From NCBI GenBank assembly GCA_038214755.1, contig JBBQRQ010000010.1:1-64000 (forward strand): a stretch of 64,000 nt of DNA. The letters are read 5' to 3'. The position numbers and the translations under genes were made by a program. Positions 11,533 to 20,884 of this stretch are shown piece after piece (the first letter of the stretch is position 1; each line of letters opens with the position of its first letter). The notes under the pieces are model-generated. The model searched no databases. It saw only the letters and a list, made by a program, of their open reading frames with translations, and was not told the origin of the DNA. This DNA is from Verrucomicrobiota bacterium. Its GTDB lineage: Bacteria > Verrucomicrobiota > Verrucomicrobiia > Limisphaerales > CANJXF01.

Positions 11533-12552
11533 TTACGCTCGGCGGCTGAGCCAGTTTTGAATCAGTTGAGGTTGCCGCGTGGTCTTGATCCGCCGGTCAT
11601 ATCGCATCAAAAATTCCAAAGCGCGAATAATTTTCCATGCGTTGCAATGGTGCGGCCAAACTTTTTTTCCCGCCGAATAAACTGCGTCGCAGAAATTCGC
11701 CCGGTCATCGGCGACACGAATCAGAGTTTCCATGTGGGGCGAGAGATCGCGGCAGTGCATCCAGGTGTGACGCATCGCCCAAACATATTGCAATCGGAAT
11801 TGCCACACATGATCGCGCAAGGCGTGTGCCGTGAGACTGCTTGGGCTGGAGCGACAGAAAGCCAACGCGTCTTCCAGCACGATAATTTCCCCAGCTCGCA
11901 GAGTGATTTCCGAAAGAAAAGCAAAATCGTTTCCGTAGGCGCGACGGGAAAAATCAAAGCCGTACGGATTCGGTATTTCGATGTAGTCATCAAACGCCGC
12001 TCGGGCCGCTTCGGCGCTGAAAAGACTGCACAGCGGCGTCACCGGAAAATATCCCGCCAGGACACAGAGGCTGTATTCATCTCCACGCAGCCGCACGGTT
12101 TTATAATCGAAAAGTTTTTGCGGAGGGGTTGTCGCGAGTGTGCCATCGGGATTACGTTCGTTCGGTAAAATGGTTTCAGCGTAAGCGTTACAGCCCACCG
12201 CGAGGTGCGAAGGATTTTGTTCCAAAACTCCGAGCATTTTTTCCAGAAACTGGGGAACAATTAAATCATCTGACCAAACAAATGTCGCCCACTTGCCGCG
12301 CGCTTCGTGAAGCAACCTGCGCCACGCTCGCGGTGGCCCGGAGTTGCTGTCACTGTGGAAAAAGCGGATTCTGGAATCGCGAGCGGCCGCCATTTCCACG
12401 ATTTTTCCCGTCTCGTCTTTGCTCGCCTCGTCGTACACCACAATTTCCAAATCGCGAACAGTCTGGTTCGTGCAAGCAGTGATTGTCTCCCCAATGGTGA
12501 GCGCATTGTTGTGCGTGGGGATGAGCAAACTGACTCGTGGAACATCCGGCAT
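11533..12552 (-). CDS. Glycosyltransferase family 2
   Basis: VSLLIPTHN...EIVVYDEASKDET...RIRFF...NSG...ARGKWATFVWSDD. Confidence 0.88.
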   Translation of the reverse strand: MPDVPRVSLLIPTHNNALTIGETITACTNQTVRDLEIVVYDEASKDETGKIVEMAAARDSRIRFFHSDSNSGPPRAWRRLLHEARGKWATFVWSDDLIVPQFLEKMLGVLEQNPSHLAVGCNAYAETILPNERNPDGTLATTPPQKLFDYKTVRLRGDEYSLCVLAGYFPVTPLCSLFSAEAARAAFDDYIEIPNPYGFDFSRRAYGNDFAFLSEITLRAGEIIVLEDALAFCRSSPSSLTAHALRDHVWQFRLQYVWAMRHTWMHCRDLSPHMETLIRVADDRANFCDAVYSAGKKVWPHHCNAWKIIRALEFLMRYDRRIKTTRQPQLIQNWLSRRA

Positions 12553-12560
12553 AGCCGTCT

Positions 12561-13532
12561 TTAGAACAAACTGTTCACCGCGGTCCCCAGCACGCTTAAC
12601 GGGCCGGTGTCTTCGAGACCTTCGGTCGCTTTGTCGAGTTTTTGCAGGGAGAGTTTTATATTTTTCAACAGGCTGTCATCGTTGACCAGTTTGCCGACGG
12701 AGCCTTGGCCGCGATTTATTTTTTCCAAAATCTCCCGCATGTTAGTCATGGCGCCAGAGGTTTCGTTGTAGAGTTGCTCGTCCTTCACTAACTTTCCCAG
12801 GGTGCCGTGGCCCGCGTTGATTTCATCGATCACGTTGCGCGCCCGATCGAGAGTCAATTTAATTTCCGTGGTGGCGCTCTCCAGATTGGAGACGGTGCTG
12901 GTCGCCGATAAATAAAGCGCGTCATCGTTGATCAATTTTCCGACCGTGCCTTTTCCCTCGGCGATTTGCGAAGAGATGGTGTGCATGTTGCCGAGAATGG
13001 CCGTGATTCGCGGGCTGTTTTCTTTCAGGAAATCGGTGAACGGCCCGAGGAGGTTGTCAATTTTATCGCCGGTAAAACTTTTGGTCAGGTTCTCTACCCC
13101 GCTGGCGACATTGTCGAGCTTGGCCATCAACGCGCTGAGGTCCGGCTGTTCCGCCGTTTTAAGATGCGCGCCATCCACCGCTCTTGTGCCAACCCCGCTG
13201 CCGAAATCAAGGGAGACAAAATTTTCTCCCATCAAGCCGGTAAACTTGATGGTCGCGGTGCTGTCGGTCCGCACGTCGGCGTCGCGGTCGAGTTTCATGG
13301 TGACCTTGACCAGATTGTTGGTGAGGTGAATTTTTTCCACCTGCCCAACTTGCACTCCGGCGAGCTTGACCCGATCGCCCACTTTCAGTTCCTGAACATT
13401 GGCGAAGAGGCCGTGAACGCGATAGCCTTTCTTTAAAAATGCCCCGCCGCCCAACATCTCCATAATGATAAATGCGGCAATCAGTGCGAGCGCAAAAAAA
13501 ACTCCGAGGCGCGTTTCAAGTGTGTTTTTCAT
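12561..13532 (-). CDS. mlaD: MCE/MlaD-family substrate-binding protein
   Basis: N-terminal TM helix, ELKVGDRVKLAGVQVGQV, TGLMGENFVSLDFG, repeated GKGTVGKL helical segments. Confidence 0.88.
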   Translation of the reverse strand: MKNTLETRLGVFFALALIAAFIIMEMLGGGAFLKKGYRVHGLFANVQELKVGDRVKLAGVQVGQVEKIHLTNNLVKVTMKLDRDADVRTDSTATIKFTGLMGENFVSLDFGSGVGTRAVDGAHLKTAEQPDLSALMAKLDNVASGVENLTKSFTGDKIDNLLGPFTDFLKENSPRITAILGNMHTISSQIAEGKGTVGKLINDDALYLSATSTVSNLESATTEIKLTLDRARNVIDEINAGHGTLGKLVKDEQLYNETSGAMTNMREILEKINRGQGSVGKLVNDDSLLKNIKLSLQKLDKATEGLEDTGPLSVLGTAVNSLF

Positions 13533-13545
13533 AGCCAATAAAAAG

Positions 13546-14301
13546 TTAGGTTTTTTTCAATTCCGCGTGAATAAATTTTTTGATGAGCGGGTCTGAATGA
13601 TTTTTCACTTCGTCGGGCGTGCCGATGAATAAAATTTTTCCTTCGTTGATGATGGCGATTCGATCCGCGACGCCAAAGGCCAAATCGCGATCATGCGACA
13701 CGACGATGGAGGTGGCTTGTGTCCGTTTTTTCAGGTTCAAAATTTCTTCGCCGATGGCCACGCCCATCAGCGGATCCAGTTCGCTCGTCGGTTCATCGTA
13801 TAAAATTAACTGCGGGTCAACCACCAGCGCCCGCGCGATGGCCACGCGCTTTTTCATGCCGCCCGACAGCTCTGAGGGCGAACGGTCTTCCAGTCCTTTC
13901 AAGCCGACGAGTTCAAGTTTCTCAGAGACGATCCGGCGAATTTCCGCCTCGGGTTTCAATCGATGTTCGGCCAAATAAAGGCCGACGTTTTCTCCGACGC
14001 TCAGTGAATTGAGCAGCGCGCCGGATTGGAAGACCATCGCCATGCGATATTTGTCCATGACGGAGGAGGATTGAATCGGCTCGCCCTCAATCAAAATTTC
14101 GCCGGCGTCGGGGGTTTCCAGGCCGATGATGTGTTTCAGCAAAACGCTTTTGCCGCTGCCGCTGGGTCCCATGATGACGAAAATTTCGCCCGGCTCGACT
14201 TTGAAATCCAATCCTTTGAGCACGGCGACCCCGTTAAAACTTTTGCGCAAACCGCGGACTTCGACGCTGACACTCTGAGAATGATTGGAAGTTGGCGTCA
14301 T
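13546..14301 (-). CDS. mlaF: ABC transporter ATP-binding protein (MlaF-like)
   Basis: GPSGSGKS, LSGGMKKRVAIARA, YDEPTSELDP, VSHD. Confidence 0.92.
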   Translation of the reverse strand: MTPTSNHSQSVSVEVRGLRKSFNGVAVLKGLDFKVEPGEIFVIMGPSGSGKSVLLKHIIGLETPDAGEILIEGEPIQSSSVMDKYRMAMVFQSGALLNSLSVGENVGLYLAEHRLKPEAEIRRIVSEKLELVGLKGLEDRSPSELSGGMKKRVAIARALVVDPQLILYDEPTSELDPLMGVAIGEEILNLKKRTQATSIVVSHDRDLAFGVADRIAIINEGKILFIGTPDEVKNHSDPLIKKFIHAELKKT

Positions 14302-14302
14302 T

Positions 14303-15043
14303 TCACAAATTAATCAAAAGGCGCGTTAGAAAATAATCGAGAATTAAAATGAGGACGATGGAATTGACGACAGCTTTAGTGACCGAGCGCCCGATGCCGC
14401 GCGGGCCGCCGATGGTTTGCAGGCCCTGATGACACGACACAACCCCAATGACCAACGCGAAGGCGAAACTTTTGATCAGCCCATTGGCGACGTCGCCGAG
14501 ATCGACTACCTGGCGCAAGTTATTGAAATAGGATTGGAAGCTGATCAAAATCATTTTGTTGTAGGCAGCGACCAATGCGCCTCCAAACCAGCCCACCATG
14601 ATGGAAAAAATTACGAGGAGGGGCAGTGCGATGGCGATGGCCAGAACGCGGGGCATGACCAGGTAGTGAATCGGATTGATGTTCATCGTCCGCAAGGCGT
14701 CCAGTTCCTGATAGGCGCGCATCGAACCGATTTCCGCCGCCATGGCCGATCCGATGCGACCGGCAATCAAAATGGACATCATGACCGGCCCAAGTTCTTT
14801 GCACATAGAGACGCCGACCATTCCACCGATCACATTTCCCAAACCGCGCTGCACCAAAACGGAGCCGGCTTGCAGGGCCAGAACTCCGCCGATGAAAAGG
14901 GACAGGATGCAAGCCATGAGCAAACTGGCATTTCCAATTTCAAAAAGTTGGTCGAAAATCTTTTGCCGGTGACGCCAGGCCAGCGGTAGCGCCGCAAGCG
15001 CCTGCCCGAATAGAAGAATGATTTCTCCAATGCTTTGAAACAT
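14303..15043 (-). CDS. mlaE: ABC transporter permease (MlaE-like)
   Basis: KELGPV...AGRIGSAMAAEIGSM...ELDALRTM...LVMPR; GIGRSVTKAVV. Confidence 0.92.
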   Translation of the reverse strand: MFQSIGEIILLFGQALAALPLAWRHRQKIFDQLFEIGNASLLMACILSLFIGGVLALQAGSVLVQRGLGNVIGGMVGVSMCKELGPVMMSILIAGRIGSAMAAEIGSMRAYQELDALRTMNINPIHYLVMPRVLAIAIALPLLVIFSIMVGWFGGALVAAYNKMILISFQSYFNNLRQVVDLGDVANGLIKSFAFALVIGVVSCHQGLQTIGGPRGIGRSVTKAVVNSIVLILILDYFLTRLLINL

Positions 15044-15109
15044 GTCAGAGTTTCCTTCTCTCACCGGGAATTGGCAAATCGCAAAAACCGGGAGTTTGCG
15101 TTCGAGCCT

Positions 15110-15618
15110 TAGCGCAGGTTTTTAACCTGCCGTATCGCGGGTTTGCAACCGGCTGGACATCGCCGGGGTGGTGATTCCAGGTGGCGTTCACTACCGGTGC
15201 TGTTAAAAGCGGCGGAGGGCTGCCGCACCCCAAGACGCTCGCGCGAATTTCGATGGCGCAGGAATGGCGCGGAGCGTCTTGGAGTGCGCCAGTCCTCTGG
15301 CGCTCTTGTTCGGACCGCCAAATCGTAGCGCAGGTTTTTAACCTGCCGTATCGCGGGTTTGCAACCGGCTGGACATCGCCGAGGTTGTGATTCCAGGTGG
15401 CGTTCACTACCGGTGCTGTTAAAAGCGGCGGAGGGCCGCCGCACTCCAAGACGCTCGCGCGAATTTCGATGGCGCAGGAATGGCGCGGAGCGTCTTGGAG
15501 TGCGCCAGTCCTCTGGCGCTCTTGTTCGGACCGCCAATTTAAATCACACCCGAAATCGCCCATCCTCGCAGAGTCGATTGTAAATCGGCGATACAGCAGC
15601 TTGCAAAGCTGCGCTACG
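15110..15618. repeat. 216-bp tandem duplication of a nested REP-A/REP-B unit, closed by a REP-A right arm
   Basis: Near-identical units start at 15110 and 15326 (tagcgcaggtttttaacctgccgtatcgcggg...cggaccgccaa); right arm ...cgatacagcagcttgcaaagctgcgctac ends at 15618. Confidence 0.92.
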
Positions 15619-15658
15619 TCTAATGCAAAAGCCGGGCAAAAAGGAATTGAGCGGGTCA

Positions 15659-17107
15659 TTATTTTTTAGTTTGAGTTCTCGCCGCGGTTCCGAACGAAAC
15701 GTAAACCAGCCTCCACCGTTTTCCCTCCGGCGCGGATTCATATTGGAAAAGGCCAAACAAGAGCGAGCATTTTTTCGTCGTGGCCGACACGTTGCGTCGA
15801 TAGAGATTCCAAAATAGAGACTGGCTTGACGCTTGCGTGATGGGATTTTTTTCCGCGCGCCAGATGGACCAGAGCGGCGAGTAATCGCGTTCGATGCTTT
15901 TGTTGTTGGGCAAAAAAGGTTCGAGCAGGGAAAGGATTTGCAAACGCTCTTTGCCTTCGAGATCACGGCGAAAAGTGAACAGCGGCCAAAAATCCACGCG
16001 ATGCAGGGCGACGTTGGCTTCCAAATTTTTTTCAAGAACATCCGAGTAAAGAAAAAATAAAATCCGGGTGCGCTCCCGCTCCAGCGGCGGCGAATAGAGC
16101 CGGTTGTATTTGTAAACCGGCCAAAGATAAAAATTGCTGGTCAGATTGGAATTGGAGGCGCGGCTGAAAATCGGCCAGACCCGTTTCGTATTTTTACCTT
16201 CGCCGTGGGCAAAAACAATCAACGGCCAGGGCGCGCCGACTTCGTGATATTTCCGGGCGCGATCATCCGTGATGCTCAATCCAATCGGCCACGGCGCGGT
16301 CGTCGAGTCGCGTTGCGGCGAGTGCATCGTGGTAAAAAGCGGCAGGACAGAAAGTTGCTTTTCGGGATTCTCGGTGCCGATCCCCATCGTGTTTTTAAAA
16401 AAGATCGGCCAGAGCACAAAAAGTTTTTCGTAGCCACCGACAATTTCCTCCTCATCCAAACGATTCGTCCGAGTTGTCACGCCTTTATGTTCAACGCCAA
16501 GCAGCGGCCACACTTGCCAACCGTGGAGCGCGTTGCCGTGGCGCAAATGAAAAATCGGAAAAAGATAATTGTCGGTGACGATGTCTTTCCTCTGGGTTTC
16601 GACATACAGCGGCCAGGCGACAAAATGAATTTTGTCCCGGAACAACCGGTTTTTCAAAGTGCCATAAATGGGAAAAAGGGCGGTGTAATTGAATTCAGGA
16701 ATCGGTGAACGTTGCTGAAAATAAATTGGAAACAGAGTGAATCGCCTGCTTTTATTTTCCTCCTGTGTGTTTCCGCCTGCGAAGGCAAAAACTTGCAGGA
16801 TTTGGAATCGATACTCCGCGCCATACCGGTCGTACGTCACCAGCGGATAAAGAAAATCCATTTCCTCGGACTCGAGATCGGGGTCAACGGTGCGGGAAAA
16901 AAGTGGCGGCAACGCGAATTGTTTCTGCGATTCTTTTTGCTCCGAAAAGAAAAGCGGGCCGACGGCTTCGGTTCTTCTTCCTGGCGCGAGCGTGAGTGGA
17001 AATTCATCGTAAAGCGGCCCCATCGACCAGTCGGCTTTTGCTGTCATCAGACAACAAAATCCAATGCAGAAAATTGTGATGCTGAATTTGATTCGCCCCA
17101 AACGCAT
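15659..17107 (-). CDS. Hypothetical exported protein with repeated aromatic/Pro motifs, upstream of mlaE
   Basis: Long ORF with signal-like N-terminus and many LFPI/WPIF/WPLY repeats; start uncertain (ORF open to 17242). Confidence 0.65.
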   Translation of the reverse strand: MRLGRIKFSITIFCIGFCCLMTAKADWSMGPLYDEFPLTLAPGRRTEAVGPLFFSEQKESQKQFALPPLFSRTVDPDLESEEMDFLYPLVTYDRYGAEYRFQILQVFAFAGGNTQEENKSRRFTLFPIYFQQRSPIPEFNYTALFPIYGTLKNRLFRDKIHFVAWPLYVETQRKDIVTDNYLFPIFHLRHGNALHGWQVWPLLGVEHKGVTTRTNRLDEEEIVGGYEKLFVLWPIFFKNTMGIGTENPEKQLSVLPLFTTMHSPQRDSTTAPWPIGLSITDDRARKYHEVGAPWPLIVFAHGEGKNTKRVWPIFSRASNSNLTSNFYLWPVYKYNRLYSPPLERERTRILFFLYSDVLEKNLEANVALHRVDFWPLFTFRRDLEGKERLQILSLLEPFLPNNKSIERDYSPLWSIWRAEKNPITQASSQSLFWNLYRRNVSATTKKCSLLFGLFQYESAPEGKRWRLVYVSFGTAARTQTKK

Positions 17108-17296
17108 TGCGCCAAGTCCTTTTGACCGCGCGATACTAGGAGGGAATGACCAAGCGTCAAGCCTCGCGAGCCAGAAACTTCTTTTGACAAACGCTAACGT
17201 TATCCGTCCCAGATTGGAGCGATTTAAGGGGTGAAACAGCATTTTAGATTGACGGCAGCGAATAAATTTATATCTTGTAAAACATAATTGAGGTTT

Positions 17297-20041
17297 TTAC
17301 CTCGGTTCCTCTGGGCCCAGCGGCGATCGTGCATTTTCGTCGCTGGGTTTTTTATTTTTCAAAGTCCAACCCGCGCGCAGCAACAAACTTAAAAGCGCAG
17401 GCAAAAATGTCAGCGCAGCCAACATGCAAGTCGTCACCCCAATCGACATGACGAAGCCGAGACTCGCGATGCCTTGATGTTTTGCGAGCATCAAGCTCCC
17501 GAAACCCGCCAGCGTGTTTAGGCCGGAAATAAAAACAGCTTTGCCGGTGCTCTTTCCGAGAATGCCCGGCGTCCGCTCCTCCGCGAACCGATTCAAAATA
17601 TGAATCCCATTGGTCACGCCAATACCGATGACCAGTGGCAGCGTCATGATGTTGGCCGGGTTGAACGGAATATCAAACGCGCCCATCAACCCCGCCATCC
17701 AAATCGAGCCAATGGCGACCGGCAACAACGCCAACACCACCGACATGAGCGAACGAAAATGGATAAAAACTAAAATAGCGATTGCGCCGAGCGCATACCA
17801 CGCAGCCTCCTCGTAACTTTTTCGGAGCAAGCTGGTGTATTCGTAAAGTTGAATGGGCGTGCCCGTCACGTTCGCGTCCACCGTGCGCAACTCGTGAATA
17901 AATTTTTCCTGTTTGTCGCGCTGCCAGACATCTTCCCTCGGATAAACCTGCAATAAATATTTTCCAGTGCGGCCGATGAACCGGTTGCGCAAGGCCAGCG
18001 GCAAATCCTCCGAGCGCATTCGGCCTGTGTCATCCTGAGTTTGCAACGCGTGAAACGTGTCGCGAATATCGGTGAAAAGCGCTTCTTGAAAATGAAGCAA
18101 CCGCTCCGGGATTTCCCGTTGCCCATTTAACATTTCCCGGCGCAGGCGAGTGATAGCGCTTCTCAATGAAAGTAAATCCTTCGCCAATTTCGCGTCATCT
18201 TTCCCGGCGAGTTCCGCGGCCAATCCGAGATAACCTTGCAAGGCCCAGAGCACACGGCTTAGTTCGGGAATATCAATTGGCTTCAAATCAATTTCCGCAA
18301 AATGAATCGGCGCGACGTCTTTTTTTATTTGCTTAACCAGTTCTAGTTTTTTGGTTTGGTCTTCCGTCAAAAATTCGCTGATCGGGTCCACGCTCGCCAC
18401 GGCGGGGAGTTTTTGGACTTTCTCTTTTAGTTCGGCGAGCTGCTCCAGATTTGTCGCGACGATGGCAGCGAACAAAACCGATTTGCCCGCCGAATCGATC
18501 AACTTCCTTTCGAACACCACGGCAGGAAGTCCCTTGCTTTGCATGTTGAGCAAGTTGTAGTCGAAATAAACTCTTCGAAATTCCAACGCCGCCAATCCAC
18601 AGCAAATCGCCACGACGGCCACCACGATCACCGGGCGGCGCAACCAGATATTTTCAAGGCGCGCCCGCCGATCCAGCGCCCTCGCCGCGATCCGTTCGTC
18701 CATCGCATTTTGCCGGCCGCGCAAAAGCAGGATCGGCAACAGCGTCATCATCGGCACAAGGCACAGCACCATTCCTGCGCCGCAAATAATTCCCATTTCC
18801 TGAATGCCTTTGAAGTTGGTCAGCGCCATCGCAAAAAATGCGCCCGCCGTCGTCAACGCCCCGGTGATAATTCCCAAACCCGTGTTGACCATCGCCTTCT
18901 CGATGGCTTCGCGCGGAGTTTTGCGGCGACGCAGTTCTTCTTCGTAACGCGTAATTAAATGGACGCCAAAATCAATAGCCAACCCGATGAGGATCGGCAC
19001 GAACGTAATCGTCAGAATATTCAGATGCCCGACAGTCAGGGTCGTAAAAAACATGGTGTAGCCCAGACCAATCAACAGGCAGAGCGTGGCTTTGAGCGGG
19101 CGGCCGGTTTCGCGATAGCCATAAATAAAAATCAAAGCGCAAAGAACCAGAGCGACCACGCTGGCGACGGTGGAATCGAATTGTGATTGCGCCATCTCAT
19201 CGTACTCCAGCACGGGTTCGCCGGTGATCCCGACGTTTAATCCCGGCACTTCGATTTGAGTCGCTTGAACCAGTTGCCGCAAACGCTCGACCGCTTTTCC
19301 GTTCAACGCATCCTTCACCGCGCGAGTGGTCACCAGATAAATCCGACCTCGCGCAAACGTGATGTACATCTCACGCTCCGCTTCGTCGCCCGCGCCGAAC
19401 AGCGCGTTGAGTCCCGGAGATGGCGCGCTGCCCGGGCGCTCCAAACTATCGGCCGCCTGAGTGATGATTCGTTCGAGCGCAGGAAAGGCTTTGAGCATCG
19501 CCTCGTTCTGCGCATTTCGTTCCTGTTGCGCGTCGCGAAACTGTTTGTTCACGAGAGCGAAGAGCGAAGTGAGATTGGTCGCGCGAGTGAACTGCTCGAT
19601 GAACGGACGAAAATCCACCAGCGTCTGGCGAAGTTCCATCAAGTCTTTTTCCGGCACGAAGAGCAGCGCCTTTCGTCCGAGCATTTTCAAATCGCCTTTG
19701 TAAAAAACGTCGGAGAAAAGATTTGTCTCCAGTTCCAATCTGGCTCCGAGGCGCTCGACGAATTGCCGGTTTTTTTCCATCGTCTCGCTTTCGACAATCA
19801 CCACCAAATCGTCCTGAGACGGGAATTCTTTTTTAAATTTTAAAAAGTTTTGATGATATTTTTTGTCGGAGCCAACGAGGTTGTCGCGGCTGGTGTCGAA
19901 TTGTAATTTCTTGACGGTGAAAATGACTCCCACCACGAAAATTAAAATCTGCGGATAGACAAACCAGCGCGGGCGCGTGTAAATGGCGTGCGCCAATTTG
20001 CGGAGAAATCGAGCGGCCAATGAATCGGAGGGCGATGTCAT
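17297..20041 (-). CDS. MMPL/RND-family lipid transporter (HpnN-like)
   Basis: Two RND halves: GITGEPVL...ILIGLAIDFGVH and TGTPIQ...NPANIMTLPLVIGIGVTNGIH. Confidence 0.88.
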   Translation of the reverse strand: MTSPSDSLAARFLRKLAHAIYTRPRWFVYPQILIFVVGVIFTVKKLQFDTSRDNLVGSDKKYHQNFLKFKKEFPSQDDLVVIVESETMEKNRQFVERLGARLELETNLFSDVFYKGDLKMLGRKALLFVPEKDLMELRQTLVDFRPFIEQFTRATNLTSLFALVNKQFRDAQQERNAQNEAMLKAFPALERIITQAADSLERPGSAPSPGLNALFGAGDEAEREMYITFARGRIYLVTTRAVKDALNGKAVERLRQLVQATQIEVPGLNVGITGEPVLEYDEMAQSQFDSTVASVVALVLCALIFIYGYRETGRPLKATLCLLIGLGYTMFFTTLTVGHLNILTITFVPILIGLAIDFGVHLITRYEEELRRRKTPREAIEKAMVNTGLGIITGALTTAGAFFAMALTNFKGIQEMGIICGAGMVLCLVPMMTLLPILLLRGRQNAMDERIAARALDRRARLENIWLRRPVIVVAVVAICCGLAALEFRRVYFDYNLLNMQSKGLPAVVFERKLIDSAGKSVLFAAIVATNLEQLAELKEKVQKLPAVASVDPISEFLTEDQTKKLELVKQIKKDVAPIHFAEIDLKPIDIPELSRVLWALQGYLGLAAELAGKDDAKLAKDLLSLRSAITRLRREMLNGQREIPERLLHFQEALFTDIRDTFHALQTQDDTGRMRSEDLPLALRNRFIGRTGKYLLQVYPREDVWQRDKQEKFIHELRTVDANVTGTPIQLYEYTSLLRKSYEEAAWYALGAIAILVFIHFRSLMSVVLALLPVAIGSIWMAGLMGAFDIPFNPANIMTLPLVIGIGVTNGIHILNRFAEERTPGILGKSTGKAVFISGLNTLAGFGSLMLAKHQGIASLGFVMSIGVTTCMLAALTFLPALLSLLLRAGWTLKNKKPSDENARSPLGPEEPR

Positions 20042-20054
20042 TCTGGGTCCAACT

Positions 20055-20117
20055 TTACTCGACGAATTCGGCGTTGGAATAAACTTCTTTCACGTCGTCA
20101 TTTTCTTCCAGCGCATT
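20055..20117 (-). pseudogene. Isolated C-terminal relic of a YebC/PmpR-family gene
   Basis: Minus strand reads NALEENDDVKEVYSNAEFVE*, matching the YebC C-terminal LE.NDDV..VYSN motif; no upstream YebC sequence. Confidence 0.65.
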
Positions 20118-20176
20118 GTTCGGCGCGGGAGAATCAACGGTGAATTGTACCACTCAGTTTTCACGCTCGAAGAATT

Positions 20177-20515
20177 TCAACTATTTTGTTCCACGTGGAC
20201 CGCCGTGCCGTAGCACAAAACTTCCGTGATGCCCTGGCCGATCTCCGTGGCGTCGTAACGAACTCCGATCACGGCGTTGGCGCCCAGGGCGGAGGCGTGC
20301 GTCAACATTCGTTGAAACGCCTCTTCGCGCGTCCGCTCGCAAAGAGTGGTGTAGATGGAAATGTTTCCGCCAAAAACCGTTTGAATCGCCGCGCCAAAAT
20401 TTCCAAAGATAGAACGGGACCGAACAATAATCCCTCGCACAACTCCGAAAGATTTGACCGCGCGAAATCCGGGAATTTCAAAAGTGGTGGTGGTGAAAGG
20501 ATGGGTGTTGTTCAT
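20177..20515 (-). CDS. YbjQ/UPF0145 family protein
   Basis: TTTTFEIPG...[11 protein letters not shown]...GGNI...[12 protein letters not shown]...EVLCYGTAV. Confidence 0.92.
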   Translation of the reverse strand: MNNTHPFTTTTFEIPGFRAVKSFGVVRGIIVRSRSIFGNFGAAIQTVFGGNISIYTTLCERTREEAFQRMLTHASALGANAVIGVRYDATEIGQGITEVLCYGTAVHVEQNS

Positions 20516-20652
20516 CACGCGCGAAAATTGAACACAAACTTTCCAGGAGCAGAAGTTTAATTTTCCAAGCGCCGCATCACGTGACGGTGGGTCGAGTCTT
20601 TCTCCAATTTCCAATCGGCGCCTAGTAACGACGGAGCGCCGGTTGGTCAGTT

Positions 20653-20804
20653 GTAGCGCAGGATTGCATCCTGCCGTATCGCAGGTTTTCAACCTGCGAG
20701 ATGCCGCCAGAAAAAAGACTTTCGAAAACAAAAGACCTTTTCTCTATTTGCGACGTTCAGCCGGTTTCAAACCGGCGATACAGCAGGATGCAATCCTGCG
20801 CTAC
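20653..20804. repeat. REP doublet, family A (GTAG...CTAC)
   Basis: gtagcgcaggattgcatcctgccgtatcgcagg ... ccggcgatacagcaggatgcaatcctgcgctac; interior nearly the reverse complement of the 55977 copy. Confidence 0.92.
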
Positions 20805-20884
20805 GGGACGGCCACTTGAAATCACACCCTAATCCGGGTCTGCGCTTGAATCCTGGTGCGTGATTGCTTTTAGTTCTTTACGCG

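Noticed and set aside
15110..15618. Possible CRISPR array
   Set aside because: Units are 216-bp near-identical duplicates with no unique spacers; no cas genes.
15045..15659. 204-aa ORF and overlapping ORFs
   Set aside because: They are translations of the repeat mosaic.
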